A stretch of 64,000 bases of DNA, taken from Scyliorhinus canicula (taxonomy: Eukaryota). Each line of letters opens with the position of its first letter. Position 1 is the first letter of the stretch. Below are positions 37,471 through 50,259 of this stretch, in pieces. The notes beneath the pieces are model-generated. The model saw nothing but the letters and a program-made list of their open reading frames with translations, made no database searches and had not been told where the DNA came from. The position numbers were made by a program, and so were the translations under genes. The stretch spans positions 126,132,653-126,196,652 of the forward strand of contig NC_052162.1 in the NCBI RefSeq assembly GCF_902713615.1, read 5' to 3'.

Positions 37471-37712
37471 CTGGAAAAACAATATACAAAAGGTATCACT
37501 TTTAATACAGGGTAGAGATTCAGAACAGACAATTCTAGTTTCTCTGGAACATTTTTTCCCCTCTCATTCCACAAAAGCTGTAAATCCCCATCCCACACAC
37601 TCTCCCTCCATTCTCACTCTGTTGTATCTAATATTCACCCTCCCAATTCTCCTGAAGGTGCTGATTCAGGCTGATTGACAGATCCAAGCTCAATGCTTCC
37701 TGTCCTGGACTC
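37471..37712 (-). other. Conserved micro-exon/acceptor cassette of C
   Basis: Near-identical to the B and E cassettes. Confidence 0.8.
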
Positions 37713-37776
37713 AGAAACATCACAATTTAAATGCAGGCTGCCAGACAGATATGTGTCTATATTACTGGACTAAAAG

Positions 37777-38116
37777 TCATAGAATCTACCTTGCAGAAGG
37801 AGGCCATTCAGCCCATCGGGTCTGCACCAGCCCTTACCAAGAGAACCCTACTCAAGCCCATATCTGTACCCTATCCCCGTAACCGATTAACCCCCACTTA
37901 AGCTTTTTGGACACTGAGGGTAATTTAGCATGGGCAATCCACCTAACCCACACATCTTTGAACTGTGGGAGGAAACAGGAGCACCCGGAGGAAACCCACG
38001 CAGACATGGGGAGAACGTGCAGCCTCCGCACAGACAACGACCCAAGCCAGGAATCAAACCTGGGACCCTGGAGCTGTGAAGAAACTGTGCTAACCACTAT
38101 GCTATGGTGCTGCCCC
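37777..38116 (-). mobile_element. Full-length HE1 SINE in intron 1 of C
   Basis: tRNA head and CR1-type tail. Confidence 0.9.
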
Positions 38117-38257
38117 TAAAAAATGTGTTCTGCCCCTAAAAATGTGTTTGACAAAGACTTGATTCCCTTTATTTTCCTTCAATTGGTGCAAATCACCAAT
38201 TGAAGGTCAGAATAAGAAAATAAATGGAAAGGGCGGAAAATAAAGTCTTTTACTCAC

Positions 38258-38620
38258 AGATGTTGGAGACAGAATGAGGTTGCAGTCTGTGTGAAGGTCA
38301 ATCTTCATTCAAACAAAGCCCGCGCTCTGATTGGCTGGAGGACCAGAGTCCTTCCAGTCCTCCAATAGTTTCCATTGGTTGCCGGCTGCCTGAAAGGGGA
38401 TATCACGTGTCGCTGGGAGAACTTTTGACTCGTGGAACGCAGACAATTTGGGAAATGGGATTAGCACTATCCTGCAAATGCGCTGCTGCCGCTCTCCCTT
38501 GGACATGCAGTCCCGGGGCTGCCCGTCCATGCGGCGGATAGAGCGGGTTACCCAGAATGGGGCATTGTGGGAGGCGCGGTCGTCATTGCTCACCTGGGGC
38601 CCAGTTTCCTGGGACTGGAA
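38258..38620 (-). promoter_or_regulatory. CpG promoter and exon 1 of locus C
   Basis: Donor CCAACATCT|GTGAGTA (minus, intron starts 38257); CCAATCAGAGCGCGGG shared with 49225-49242. Confidence 0.75.
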
Positions 38621-38689
38621 TGAGAAGCGTCACTCTGACACAAATTACATGTGGGTGGTCACTGTATTTGATTTATTTCAGCAATCCCA

Positions 38690-40026
38690 ACTTACCATTT
38701 AATAAATTCACTTTGGTTCAGACAAAACTAGAACCAATTAAGACAAAGGCAAAATTCTCTGCATAGTAAATTTTAAAAGAAGTTTATTAAATCAAAATGG
38801 TTTACTGATCAACTTTGACATTGACTATTTACAGCTTCATGCGGTGAAGCTGATGCGGTCATGATCAGTCTGTAGCAGCGTAACCCTCTCTGGCTCCTTC
38901 TTTGACAGTAATTCTTGTGGAATTCAGCCTCGGGAGTCTGGCTTCTTTGACAGAAATTTCCTGGGAACTCGGCCTCAGGAATCTTCAGTACTTGGCCAAC
39001 AATGAAGACCTTCAGAACGTCGACTTTTATCCCCAAAGTGACCATTACCTCACGTCAGAGTTGGGCCTGTTGTAACATGACCATTGGTCAATTTGGCCAT
39101 TAGATTAATTTAATTGGGATCCCCAATTGCTTACACCAGCTTATTTCAGTATCGTAGACAGGGGCGGCACAGTGGTTAGCACTGCTGCCTCACAGCGTCA
39201 GGGACCCAAGTTCAATTCCATCCTTGGGTGACTGTGTGGAGTTCTTTCTCCACATGTCTGCGTGTGTTTCCTCAGGTGCTCTGGTTTCCTCCCACAGTCC
39301 AAATATGAACAGGTTAAGTGGGGTAAAGGGGTAATGAGGATAGGTTGGGAGAGTGGGCTAAGGCAGGGTGCTCATTCAGTGGATCGGTGCAGACTCAATG
39401 GAATGAATCGCCTCCTTCTGCACTGTAGGAATTCTATGATCCTATGAATACATTGGAACTGTTTCATACTATCCCTTTATCTGATTCAAAAAATCCCTTA
39501 TTCAGACAGTTTCAAATGTTGCGGCTAATCAGAGCTTGAAGGTCTCTCTTGCCAGTGCATTTATCTTCATTGCACATTCTTTACAGACACAACAATTAAG
39601 CTTTTACATTTTTACAGCAAATAAAACCCAGTCTTTCACGATAACTACTAATTCATTATTGATTCATTAATCCTAACTCAATTAGCTCATTACTTATTCA
39701 GTCATTTGTTACTGACTGGTAGCTGATCAATATTGTTGATTAACACAAGATACATTGGTTCAAAGAGCTTGTTTTGTAGAAGGCTATTCCTTTCTTTCTT
39801 ATGAACCTTGATTGGATTGAACAATGGGACTTAGACTTGAGCCAGACTTTAGCAACATATTATGTCCTGTAGGTTTACAAAATTCTGGAACAATGTTAGT
39901 TTGAACAATTTCTATGAGTTCAATCATTTATAGAAAAATTTTGGTTGAAAAACTATTCATTTAAAAAATAATGGTCGTCTCATGCTGGAGTTTAACATGG
40001 CTTCCTTGACCTTGTTACACATAACA
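38690..40026 (-). repeat. Upstream module, copy 2 (inverted relative to 19695-21200), with a SINE at 39161-39448
   Basis: Reverse-complement match including the ~47-bp internal tandem duplication. Confidence 0.9.
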
Positions 40027-40394
40027 ATGATGCAGACGGACGATAATATATTAACAATAATCGCTTATTCTCAAAAGTAGGCTTCAATGAAGTTACTGTG
40101 AAAAGCCCTTAGTTGCCACATTCCGGCGCCTGTTCGGGGAGGCTGGTACGGGAATTGAACCCGCGCTGCTGGCACTGTTCTGCATTACAAGCCAGCTGTT
40201 CAGCCCACTGGGCTAAACCAGCCCCTATAGTGATTGATTTGAACAAAATATCATTTTTAAAATATGTTCATGGGTTGTGGGCATTGCAGGTTGTGCCAGG
40301 ATTTATTGCCCATCCCTAATTTCCCTTGAGGGGGCAGTTAAGAGTCATCCACATTGCTATGGGTCTGAAATCACATGTAGGCCAGACCAGATAA

Positions 40395-41570
40395 GGAGAA
40401 CAAAGAAAATTACAGCACAGGAACAGGCCCTTCGGCCCTCCCAGCCTGCGCCGATCCAGATCCTTTATCTAAACCTGTCTCCTATTTTCCAAGGTCTACT
40501 TCCCTCTGTTCCCGCCCGTTCATATACCTGTCCAGATGCATCTTAAATGATGCTATCGTGCCCGCCTCTACCACCTCCGCTGGTAAAGCGTTCCAGGCAC
40601 CCACCACCCTCTGCGTAAAAAACTTTCCACGCACATCTCCCTTACACTTTCCCCCTCTCACCTTGAAATCGTGACCCCTTGTAACTGACACCCCCACTCT
40701 TGGAAAAAGCTTGTTGCTATCCACCCTGTCCATACCTCTCATAATTTTGTAGACCTCAATCAGGTCCCCCCTCAACCTCGGTCTTTCCAACGAAAACAAT
40801 CCTAATCTACTCAACCTTTCTTCATAGCTAGCACCCTCCATACCAGGCAACATCCTGGTGAACCTCCTCTGCACCCTCTCCAAGGCATCCACATCCTTCT
40901 GGCAATGTGGCGACCAGAACTGCATGCAGTATTCCAAATGTGGCCTAACCAAAGTCCTATACAACTGTAACATGACCTGCCAACTCTTGTACTCAATACT
41001 CCTTCTGATGAAGGCAAGTATGCTGTATGCCTTCTTGACCACTCTATCCACCTGTGTTGCCACCTTCAGGGTACAATGGACCTGGACTCCCAGATCTCTC
41101 TGCACATCAATTTTCCCCAAGACCCTTCCACTGACCATATAGTCCGCTCTTGAATTTGATCTTCCAAAATGCATCACCTCGCATTTGCCTGGATTGAACT
41201 CCATCTGCCATTTCTCTGCCCAACTCTCCAATCTATCTATATTTTGTTATATTCTCTGACAGTCCTCCTCGCTATCTGCAACTCCACCAATCTTAGTATC
41301 ATCTGCAAACTTGGTAATCACACCACCTATACCTTCCTCCAGGTCATTTATGTAGATCACAAACAACAGTGGTCCGAGCACGGATCCCTGTGGAACACCA
41401 CTAGTCACCCGTCTCCATTTTGAGACACTCCCTTCCACCACTACTCTCTGTCTCCTGTTGCCTCGCCAGTTCTTTATCCATCTAGCTAGTACACCCTGAA
41501 CCCCATACGACGTCACTTTTTCCATCAACCTGCCATGGGAAACCTTATCAAACGCCTTACTAAAGTCCAG
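40395..41570 (-). mobile_element. Young CR1/HER1 LINE, 5'-truncated
   Basis: [24 protein letters not shown]; 249-aa C-terminal ORF; intact 3'UTR. Confidence 0.95.
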
Positions 41571-41589
41571 ATGTTATTATGAAATTATG

Positions 41590-44400
41590 AATGCTAATAG
41601 AATAATGTAACTTTTTATTGTGAGGGGAATTGAATACAAAAGTAGGGAGGTTATGCTTCAGTTATACAGGACATTGGTGAGACCACATCTGGAGCACTGT
41701 GTACAGTATTGCTCTCATTTAAGGCTGGACTTGTGTCCGATGAAATTTCGGTAACTTGATTGAACCGTATAAGATCCTGAGGGGCCTTGACAGGGTGGAT
41801 GTGGAAAGGGTGTTTCCTCTTGTGGGAGAATCTAGAAATTGGAGTCACTTTAAAAGTAATATGTTGCCCATTTAAGGCAGAGGAGAACTTTTTTCTCTCC
41901 GAGGGTTGTGAGTCTTTGGAACTCTCTTCCTCAAAGGGCAGTGGAAGCAGAGTCTTTGAATATTTTCAAGGCAGATCTGGATAGATTCCTGTTCAAGGGG
42001 GTGAAATGTTACCGGATGGGGGTGGGGTCGGCAGGAATACCACAAGAAATGGGAACAGGAGTTGACCATTCGGCCCTTCGAGCCTGCCCCGCCATTCAAT
42101 CACAGCTGATCCAACATTCCTCTTGTCCACTTTCCTGCCCTTTCCCTGTAATGCTTGATTCTCTCGCTGATCAAGAATCTATCTCAGCCTGAAATATAGA
42201 CAAGGGATCTGTCCCCACAGCTCTCAGTTCCAAAGACTCACAACCCTCAGTGAAGAAATTTCTCCGTATCTCAGTCTTAATTGGCACCTCTTTATTCTGA
42301 GACGGGTCCCTCTGGTCCTCAGCTGCAGCAAAACTTCCCGATTCTTATACTCCAACCCCCTTGGAATCAGGGCCAACATTCCATTAGCTTCCTGATTACC
42401 TGCTGCACCTGTCTGCTAGCTTCCTGTGTTTCCTGCATAAGTTCCCCCGAGTCCCTTTGTGTTGCAGCTTTCTGCAGCTTTTCTCCATTTAAATAATACT
42501 GTTCTTTTGTTTTCCCTTCCAAAATGAAATTCACATTTTCCCACATTATATTCCATTTACCAACTTTCTGCCCAGTTACATAACCTATCTCATTGCAAAT
42601 TGTTTGTAAACCCCCCCCCTTGCAACTTGTCTTTGCACATTCTCCCCGTGTCTGCGTGGGTTAGGTGGACTGGCTATGCTAAATTGCCCTTAGTGTTCAA
42701 AATGGTTAGGAGGGGTTATTGGGTAACGGGGATAGGGTGGAAGTGAGGACTTAAGTGGGTCAGTTCAGACTTGATATGCCGAATGGCCTCCTTCTGCACT
42801 GTATGTTCTATTGCACCTAGTACATTCGCTTCGACCTCCAAGTCATTATCAGATGTTATAAACAGTTGATGTCCCAGAACTGATCCCTGTGTAACCCCAC
42901 TGGTTACAGTTCGCTGTTTCCTGTCCATCAACCAATTCTCTTCCATCCCAATATTCGAGCTCCATAACTATGAGCTCTTATCTTATAACTTAACCCTTTT
43001 ATGAAGTACCTTGTCGAACGCCTTCCAAAAGTCCAAATACTTCACATCTACTGGTTCCCCTCTATCCTGGTTGTGATAAATTAACCAGACACCGTTTCCC
43101 TTTCATGAAGCCATGCTGACTCTGCTTATTATGATTTTCCAAATATGTTGGTATTACTTCCTTAATAATTGATTCCAAAATGTTTCCAACAATAAAGTTA
43201 GACAAATTGGTCTACATTTACCAGCTTTTTGCTTCAATCCCTTTTTTGTATCGGGGTATCACATTGGCAGTTTTCCAATCCTCCGATACTTCTCCAGAAT
43301 CCAAGGATTTTTGGAAAATTATAACCAATGCATCCACTGTCTCTGTCGCCATTTCTTTAGGATCCTAAGATGCAAGCATCAGGGCCGGGAACATAGCTGC
43401 CTTTAGCCCCATTAGTTTGTCTAACGTGATTTGTCCAGTGATTTAATTCCTCCCCCCTATTCTTTAGCATTAATGGGATGTTCAAAGCCTCTTCAACCAT
43501 AAAGACTGATGCAAAATATCTGTTTAACTCCTCTGCCATTTCCTTGTTCCCCATAACTATCTCCCAGATTAATTTTCTAAGGGGCCTCTGTGAAGTTGAG
43601 ATTACAATCAGATCAGCTGGGAACTTATTGAATGGTGGAGCAGGCTCGAGGGGCCGAGTGGCCTACTCCTGCTCCTAATTCATATGTTATCACATCCATT
43701 ATAATAGATTGTCGCATTTTCCCTCCTACTGATGTCAGGCTAATGGGTCTGTGGTTGCCCATTTTCTCGCTCCCTCCTTAAATAGTGGGGATACATTTAC
43801 CACCTTCCAATCTGCAGGAAACATTCCAGAATTTGCAGAATTTTGAAAGATGATCACCAATGTATCCATTATCTCTACAGCCGCCTCTTTCAACACTCTG
43901 GGATGTAGAGCATCAGCTTTTGGGGATTTATTAATTTTTCATCCAAAAAATTCTCCAGTGCTACTTTTCACTCATGCTCACAATTGTGAGAAGCCCTTGG
44001 TTCTCTCTCGCGTTTTTGGGACAAATTCTGTATCTTCCTCCGTGAAGACAGACACACATTGTTTAGTTTCTCTGCCATTTCCTTATTCCCCATTATAAAC
44101 TCTCCTGTCTCTGCCTGGAATGGACCCACATTGGTCTTTGCTAATCTTTCCCTTTTCACATTCCTATAGGAGCTTTTCCAGTCGTTTTTTATGTTTCTCC
44201 CCAGTTTGCTCTCATATTCTATTTTCTCTTGATCAGTTTCTTGGTCCTCCTTTGCTGAATTCTAAATCAAGTTCCCAATCCTCAGGGTTACCACTATTTT
44301 TGCCACTTTATGAGCCTCTTCCTTGGATCTAATGGAATCTGTAACTTTTCTTGTTAGCTACGGTTGCATCACCTTTCCTGTTGGATTTTTGTTTCTTAAA
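41590..44400. mobile_element. Mosaic CR1 block downstream of D (mirror of 54250-57560)
   Basis: Fragment order and junctions are mirrored on the other side of the D/E promoter. Confidence 0.85.
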
Positions 44401-45169
44401 GGAATCAACATCTGAGCAGCTGTGAAAATGAACGAAATGCAGTGCTGGATATAATTGAGAGTAGAAACAATAACAGAAACCAACTCCTGCAATCAATTGT
44501 GAACCTGTTGGTGTCTCAGTGGGTGGGAAGAATTACTGCATCACTTTTCCTGTGGATTTTTGTTCCTGAAAGGAATGTGTATTTGTTGCAAATATGTAAT
44601 AAATCCTTAAATGCTCGCAGATGTCTGTTCATTGACTAATCTTTTGTTGCAATTTCCAAATCTCCAACAGACAACCTGTCTCTCATACCTCAACAGTTTC
44701 CTTCTTTGAGAAACACCCAGAAAAATTAAACAAAGAACCATGTAACCACTATAGCCCATCTTCATGGCAACGTGGCATGCTTTAGGGGGTTCCAAACAGA
44801 AATGGGAACTAAATATCTTCCAACTTCCAACATGCTTCCATTCTGTGACCCTTGTGAAATTGGAAACCACATATTCGCAACAAAGCTGAAAGAGCATCAG
44901 CCCACTGGAGGAAACGTTGCGAGACCAGTCGTTCCAGCAGAAAGAAACCCCGACCATCCATATTGACCAATTGACAGGATGAATAAATTGCAGTTCCGAA
45001 TGTAATTGAGAACAGAAACAATAACAGCAGAATCCAATCCCTGCAATCATTTGTGAACTTGTTGGTGTCTCAGTAGTTGCGATGAAACACAAAATGTGTT
45101 CCCACATTGAGAGCAGATGAACGGCCTCTGCCCTCTGGGAACTCGCCGATGTCTCCGCAGGTAGATGGA

Positions 45170-46222
45170 TCACTCAATGCCTCCGCTAATCGGAGCAGGT
45201 GAATGGCCTCTCCCCGTGTGAACTCGCTGATGTCTCTGCAGGCTGGATGAATGTCGGAATCCTTTCCCACAATGAGAGCAGGTGAATGGCTTCTGCCCAG
45301 TGTGAATTCGCTGGTGACTCTTCAAATGGGATAACTGAGTGAATCCATTACCACACTGAGAGCAGATGAACGGCTTCTCCCCAGTGTGAAATCGCTCATG
45401 TCTCCACAGGGTGGATGAATGTCTGAATCCCTTCCCACACTGAGAACAGATGAACGGCCTCTCCCCTGTGTGAACCCGCTGGTGAATTTTCAGGCTGGAT
45501 AACTGAGCGAATCCCTTCCCACACTGAGAGCAGGTGAACGGCCTCTCCCCAGTGTGAATTCGCTGGTGTGTCCGCAGGGTGGATAAATCTCTGAATTCCT
45601 TCCCACAGTGAGAGCAGGTGAACGGTCTCTCCCCAGTGTGAACTCGCTGGTGTGCCTGCAGGTGGGGTGACTGAGTAAATCCTTTCCCACACTGAGAGCA
45701 GGTGAATGGCTTCTCCCCAGTGTGAATTCGCTGATGTGACTTCAGGCTAAATAACGCAGTGAATTCCTTCCCACACTGAGAGCAGGTGAATGGCTTCTCC
45801 CCAGTGTGAACCCGCTGGTGTGTCTTCAGGTTGGATACCTGAGTGAATCCCTTCCCACACTGAGAGCAGGTGAATGGCTTTTTCCCAGTGTGAACCCGTT
45901 GGTGTGACTTCAGGCTAGATAACGCAGTGAATCCCTTCTCACACTGAGAGCAGGTGAACGGTCTCTCCCCAGTATGAATTCGCTGATGTGACTTCAGGGT
46001 GGATGAATGTCTGAATCCCTTCTTACACTGAGAGCAGGTAAACGGCTTCTCCACAGTGTGAACTCTTTCATGTGACTTCAGGCTGGATAATTCAGTGAAT
46101 CCCTTCCCACACACAGAGCAGGTAAATGGCCTCTCCCCAGTGTGACTGCGTCGATGAATCTCCAGCTTAGATCGGACTCTGAATCTCTTACCACAGACTT
46201 CACATTTCCACGGTTTCTCCAT
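45170..46222 (-). CDS. C2H2 zinc-finger protein D, 12 intact fingers, no effector domain seen; about 2 decayed fingers follow to ~45050
   Basis: [10 protein letters not shown] start; canonical fingers; frameshift after finger 12. Confidence 0.9.
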   Translation of the reverse strand: MEKPWKCEVCGKRFRVRSKLEIHRRSHTGERPFTCSVCGKGFTELSSLKSHERVHTVEKPFTCSQCKKGFRHSSTLKSHQRIHTGERPFTCSQCEKGFTALSSLKSHQRVHTGKKPFTCSQCGKGFTQVSNLKTHQRVHTGEKPFTCSQCGKEFTALFSLKSHQRIHTGEKPFTCSQCGKGFTQSPHLQAHQRVHTGERPFTCSHCGKEFRDLSTLRTHQRIHTGERPFTCSQCGKGFAQLSSLKIHQRVHTGERPFICSQCGKGFRHSSTLWRHERFHTGEKPFICSQCGNGFTQLSHLKSHQRIHTGQKPFTCSHCGKGFRHSSSLQRHQRVHTGRGHSPAPISGGIE

Positions 46223-46829
46223 GTTTTGGGTCTCGTCGTAACTCTCCAGATCAGACAATCAGTCGAAGCCTCGACCACACACAGTACACGTGTACGGTCT
46301 CTCCCCGCTGTGAATGGTGTGATGTTTTTTCAGGCTGTGTAACTGGTTAAAGCTCTTTCCACAGTCAGTGCTCTGGAACACTCTCACTCGGGTGTGTGTG
46401 TCTTGGTGCTTTTTCAGCCACACTGATGTTTAAAATCGTCTGAAGCGAACAGAACAGACAAACATTTTTCCTCCCTTCTCGATTCAAAGGCCGATAATAT
46501 TCAGGCCCCGATGAACCGAGCGACTCTGGCAGATCGAGATGTGACTTTTGAGATTTCTGTCTGTAATTCCTCCTCTTCTAATATCTTGTAAAAACAATTT
46601 ACAAAAGACATCATTGTCAGTAAAGGATAGAAACTCAGAACAGACAATTTTAATTCCTCTGGAACATTTTATCCTCTCTCACTCCGCAAAGGCTGTAAAT
46701 CTCCATCCCACACACTCTCCCTCCATTCTCACCCTGCTCCACAACAAGTGAAGAACTCCCTCCTCATCTCAGCTTTGTCTCCATTTTCCTGCCTGTTTTC
46801 CATAACCCTCGACTCCCTGGTCATCAGAA

Positions 46830-47600
46830 ATCGGTCTGGGTGGGAACCATGTGATGCGGCGCAGGAGTAGCTGCTTTCCCGCAGGTTCTGATGCCACTCA
46901 CCTAGAATCCGTCATTTATCCTGATTGCTCGGCACTCGTTTACCTGATCCTTGAATTAATATTTGTTGTCATGTCTCTGGAAGACATCGGGATTAGGAAA
47001 GGTAAGATTAAGAAATCCGTTGATAACAGAGCGGAGGCAGATTCAGTGGGGGTGGAGCCGCCTTTTCAACATGGCGGCCTGACCCTTGGGAGGTCTCTCG
47101 ACCCCGCGCTCTCCGGGGCTCTCTCGGAGGTGGCGAAGATGGTGACTGCCGACATTCTCCGTGTTATTGACCAGAGGCTGAGTGAGCTGACTCAATATCT
47201 CTGAGCTCATGAGGCCGAGCTGCAAAATACCATGAAGAGGCTCATTGATCCCGAGGCTGCGAGGGAGACCGGGAAAGCGAAGGATGCGGGAGGGAATATG
47301 GTCTTGGACCCGACGGGTGAGAATGGGGTGTTTCGGGACTTCTATAGCAAGCTGTACGAGTCGGAACCCCGAGCCGGGGCGGAGGCGATGAGGCGGATTT
47401 TAGAGGGGATGGAGTTTCCGAAGGTGGAAGAGGAGCTGGTGGAGGCCCTGGGGGCCCCAATGGGCTGGTAGAAGCATCATTCACTTTCCTGGTCTCCCTT
47501 GCAGTCCCCTGCTTCCTCAATTGCTGCACTAGCATCCTGCTCGCCTTCTCCCTGTACTCATTCACCACCCCCCTTACCCTTCTCCACTCCCCCACCACCT
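46830..47600. mobile_element. L1 fragments: ORF1 5' part (+), ORF2 piece (+) and inverted ORF2 piece (-)
   Basis: FRDFYSKLYESE; EYREKASRML.QQLRKQ. Confidence 0.75.
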
Positions 47601-47816
47601 TTCCTGCAGATAGACCCCTGTTGGATTTCTGTGTCTATTCGGAACCCTGGATATCCGTTATCCCTACTTAGTTCCCAAATAACAGAGGTCAAGTCTGTGC
47701 TTTTTGGCAAAGTTCAGTTCAACTTTATTTGTCAGCTTGAGTCACTGGTAAACTTTATTTGTCAACACAAGATTAGGTCAGATTGATTGTCTTTAGCGAA
47801 TACAGTAGTTGAGTTT

Positions 47817-48136
47817 AGAACATACAGGGCAGAAGGAGGCCATTCGGCCCATCGAGTCTGCACTGACCCATTTAAGCCCTCACTTCCACCATATCCCCGT
47901 AACCCAATAACCTCTCATAACCTTTTTTGGTCACTAAGGGCAATTTACCATGGCCAATCCACTGAACCTGCACATCTTTGGACTGTGGGAGGAAACCGGA
48001 GCACCCAGTGGGAACCCATGCAGACATGGGGAGAACGTGCAGACTCCGAACAGACAGTGACCCAGCAGGGAATCGAACCTGGAACTCTGGCGCTGTGAAG
48101 CCACACTACTAATCACTTGTGCTACTGTGCTTCCCA
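47817..48136 (-). mobile_element. HE1 SINE
   Basis: tRNA head and CR1-type tail. Confidence 0.9.
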
Positions 48137-48269
48137 ATTTCATTCAATTACATATTGTGGTAATTCTTCAAATTATAATACACAGAATAAAATGACTGAG
48201 TGATTTAAAAAAAGAAAGATGGTGATTTAGCAAAAACAAGTAAAGGAAATAGGTTTCAGAAAGAGATAG

Positions 48270-48925
48270 ATAGAGGGACTGAAGGTGATGCAATCGGGCA
48301 AGGCCCCTGGTCTGGAGGGGGAGCGGTGAAATTTTATAAGAAATTCTCAGGGGTATTGGGGCCGGTGCTGGTAAGGGATTTTAACGAGGCAAGGAAGCTG
48401 GGTGTGCTCCCCAAAGTTGTCACAGGCTTCGATATCCCTCATTTTGAAGCAGGAAAAGGACCCAGAATAATGCGAGTCATACAGACCGATCTCCCTGCTA
48501 AATGTAGATGCTATTGCCTTAGATCTTGGCCTGGAGAATAGAGGATTGTGTCCCGGGAGTGATAAGGGATGTCTAGAGGGGGTTGTGAAGGTGAGGCATC
48601 TGGCAGTCAACATCAGGAGGCTCCTCAATGTGATCACGATACCTCCAGAGGGACGAGAGGTAGAGCTGGTGGTCGCCATGGATACAGAGATCGAGATGGT
48701 GTGGGACTATTTGTGGGAGGTTCTGGGGCGGTTTGGATTTGGACAGTGTTTTGTGGACTGGGTCCGGTTGTCATACCAGACACCAGTATCGTGTGGACAG
48801 ACAAACTGGGTGAGTTCAGATTATTTCAGGCTGCACCGGGGGACGAAGCAGGGGCGCCCACTCTCCATACTGCTGTTTGCCCTGGCTTTAGAACTGTTGG
48901 TGATGGCACTGAGAGCGTCAGGGGC
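48270..48925 (+). mobile_element. L1 ORF2 RT fragment
   Basis: WDYLWEVLGRFGFG, RGTKQGRPLS. Confidence 0.9.
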
Positions 48926-49202
48926 TAGTAGGATTGTGGACATTATGAAAGAGACCATCCTTTTAGCCAGACAAATAAATGTGTCAAGCTGAGGGAACAA
49001 AGGATGTCAACGTCTTTAAGAGAGAGAGAGACCTGGGACAAGCTTTCCAGAGTCTGCACCCTCCCTGGATTCACTTCCTTTCCCTTCAGTTGCCGCAAGT
49101 GACCAATTGAAGGTGAGAATGAGAAAAGAAATGGAAAGGGGGAGAAAAGAAAGTGTTTTACTCACAGATGTTGGAGACAGGAGGAAGTTTCAGTCTGTGT
49201 GA

Positions 49203-49664
49203 ACTTCAACCTTCAATTACACAAAGCCCGCGCTCTGATTGGCTGCTGGGCCAGAATCCTTCCGCTACTCTTCTCTTCCCATTGGTCAACACCTCAGCAG
49301 AGAGGTCAGGGGGTGGGCTTTCCCTCGCACATGCGCAGCCTCTTCGCTCTCTTGGACATGCGCAGTCCCGGGCCGGGGGGAGGGGAAATCACCGAGCGAC
49401 TTCTCGCTCTGGCCGGAGCTGTCAGCCGGTTGCCTGGAAACCTTGTCTGGAGGAGGGGGAACAAAGAGTGGGGCGGAGCTGCTGGGTCCGCGCGCCGGGC
49501 CTGCGCACTGGAATCCTGAGACGTCGCCGCGGATTCCTCTGCGTGCGCAGGAAGGTTGTTGACCAATGGGAAGAGTTGATGAACCGGAAGGACTCTCTTC
49601 TACCATCCAATCAGCTCCCCCGTTGTCTGAATGCGGAAGCTGGACAATGAGGAAAACTGGGACC
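49203..49664. promoter_or_regulatory. Bidirectional CpG promoter for D and E
   Basis: CpG-rich; X-box GTTGCCTGGAAAC 49429-49441; CATGCGCA x2; CCAAT boxes facing outward on both sides; GC box. Confidence 0.85.
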
Positions 49665-49827
49665 TCACACAGACTGAAACCTCCTCCTGTCTCCAACATC
49701 TGTGAGTAAAACACTTTCTTTTCTCCCCCTTTCCATTTCTTTTCTCATTCTCACCTTCAATTGGTCACTTGCAGCAACTGAAGGGAAAGGAAGTGAATCC
49801 AGGGAGGGTGCAGACTCTGGAAAGCTT

Positions 49828-50057
49828 TGATGTGGAGATGCCGGCGTTGGACTGGGGTGAGCACAGTAAGAAGTCTTACAACACCAGGTTAAAGTCCAAC
49901 AGGTTTGTTTCAAACACGAGCTTTCGGAGCACGGCTCCTTCTTCAGGTGAATGGAGAGGTATGTACCTCTCCATTCACCTGAAGAAGGAGCCGTGCTCCG
50001 AAAGCTCGTGTTTGAAACAAACCTGTTGGACTTTAACCTGGTGCTGTAAGACTTCTT
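49828..50057 (-). mobile_element. Penelope-like element: inverted pLTR pair forming a hairpin
   Basis: 97-bp arms (49865-49961 / 49964-50060) with 1 mismatch; 14-bp TSD ACTCTGGAAAGCTT; empty site at 49040-49053. Confidence 0.9.
49976..50010 (+). ncRNA. Minimal type I hammerhead ribozyme motif (mirror copy at 49915-49949 on minus strand)
   Basis: CAC-CUGAAGA-A-GGAGC(CGU)GCUCC-GAAA-GC-UC-GUG. Confidence 0.7.
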
Positions 50058-50259
50058 ACTCTGGAAAGCTTGGCCCAGGTCTCTCTCTCTCTCTCTCTCT
50101 CTCTTAAAGACATTGACATCCTTTGCTCCCTCAGCTTGACACATTTATTTGTCTGGCTCAAAGGGATGGTCTCTTTCCTAATGTTCACAATTAGAAGGGC
50201 TGGTTTCTCCAGGAGATGGCTGACATTTAAGGGGACAGTGAATTAATATCAGATAGACA

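Larger units (their letters stand above)
48933..50191. repeat. Inverted repeat (arms 48933-49202 and 49665-50191) carrying the exon-1 donors of D and E
   Basis: Direct reverse-complement match; donors at 49165 (minus) and 49702 (plus). Confidence 0.95.

Noticed and set aside
49153-49714. Several 60-165-aa ORFs over the CpG promoter
   Set aside because: Stop-poor GC-rich DNA; not conserved in frame between promoters
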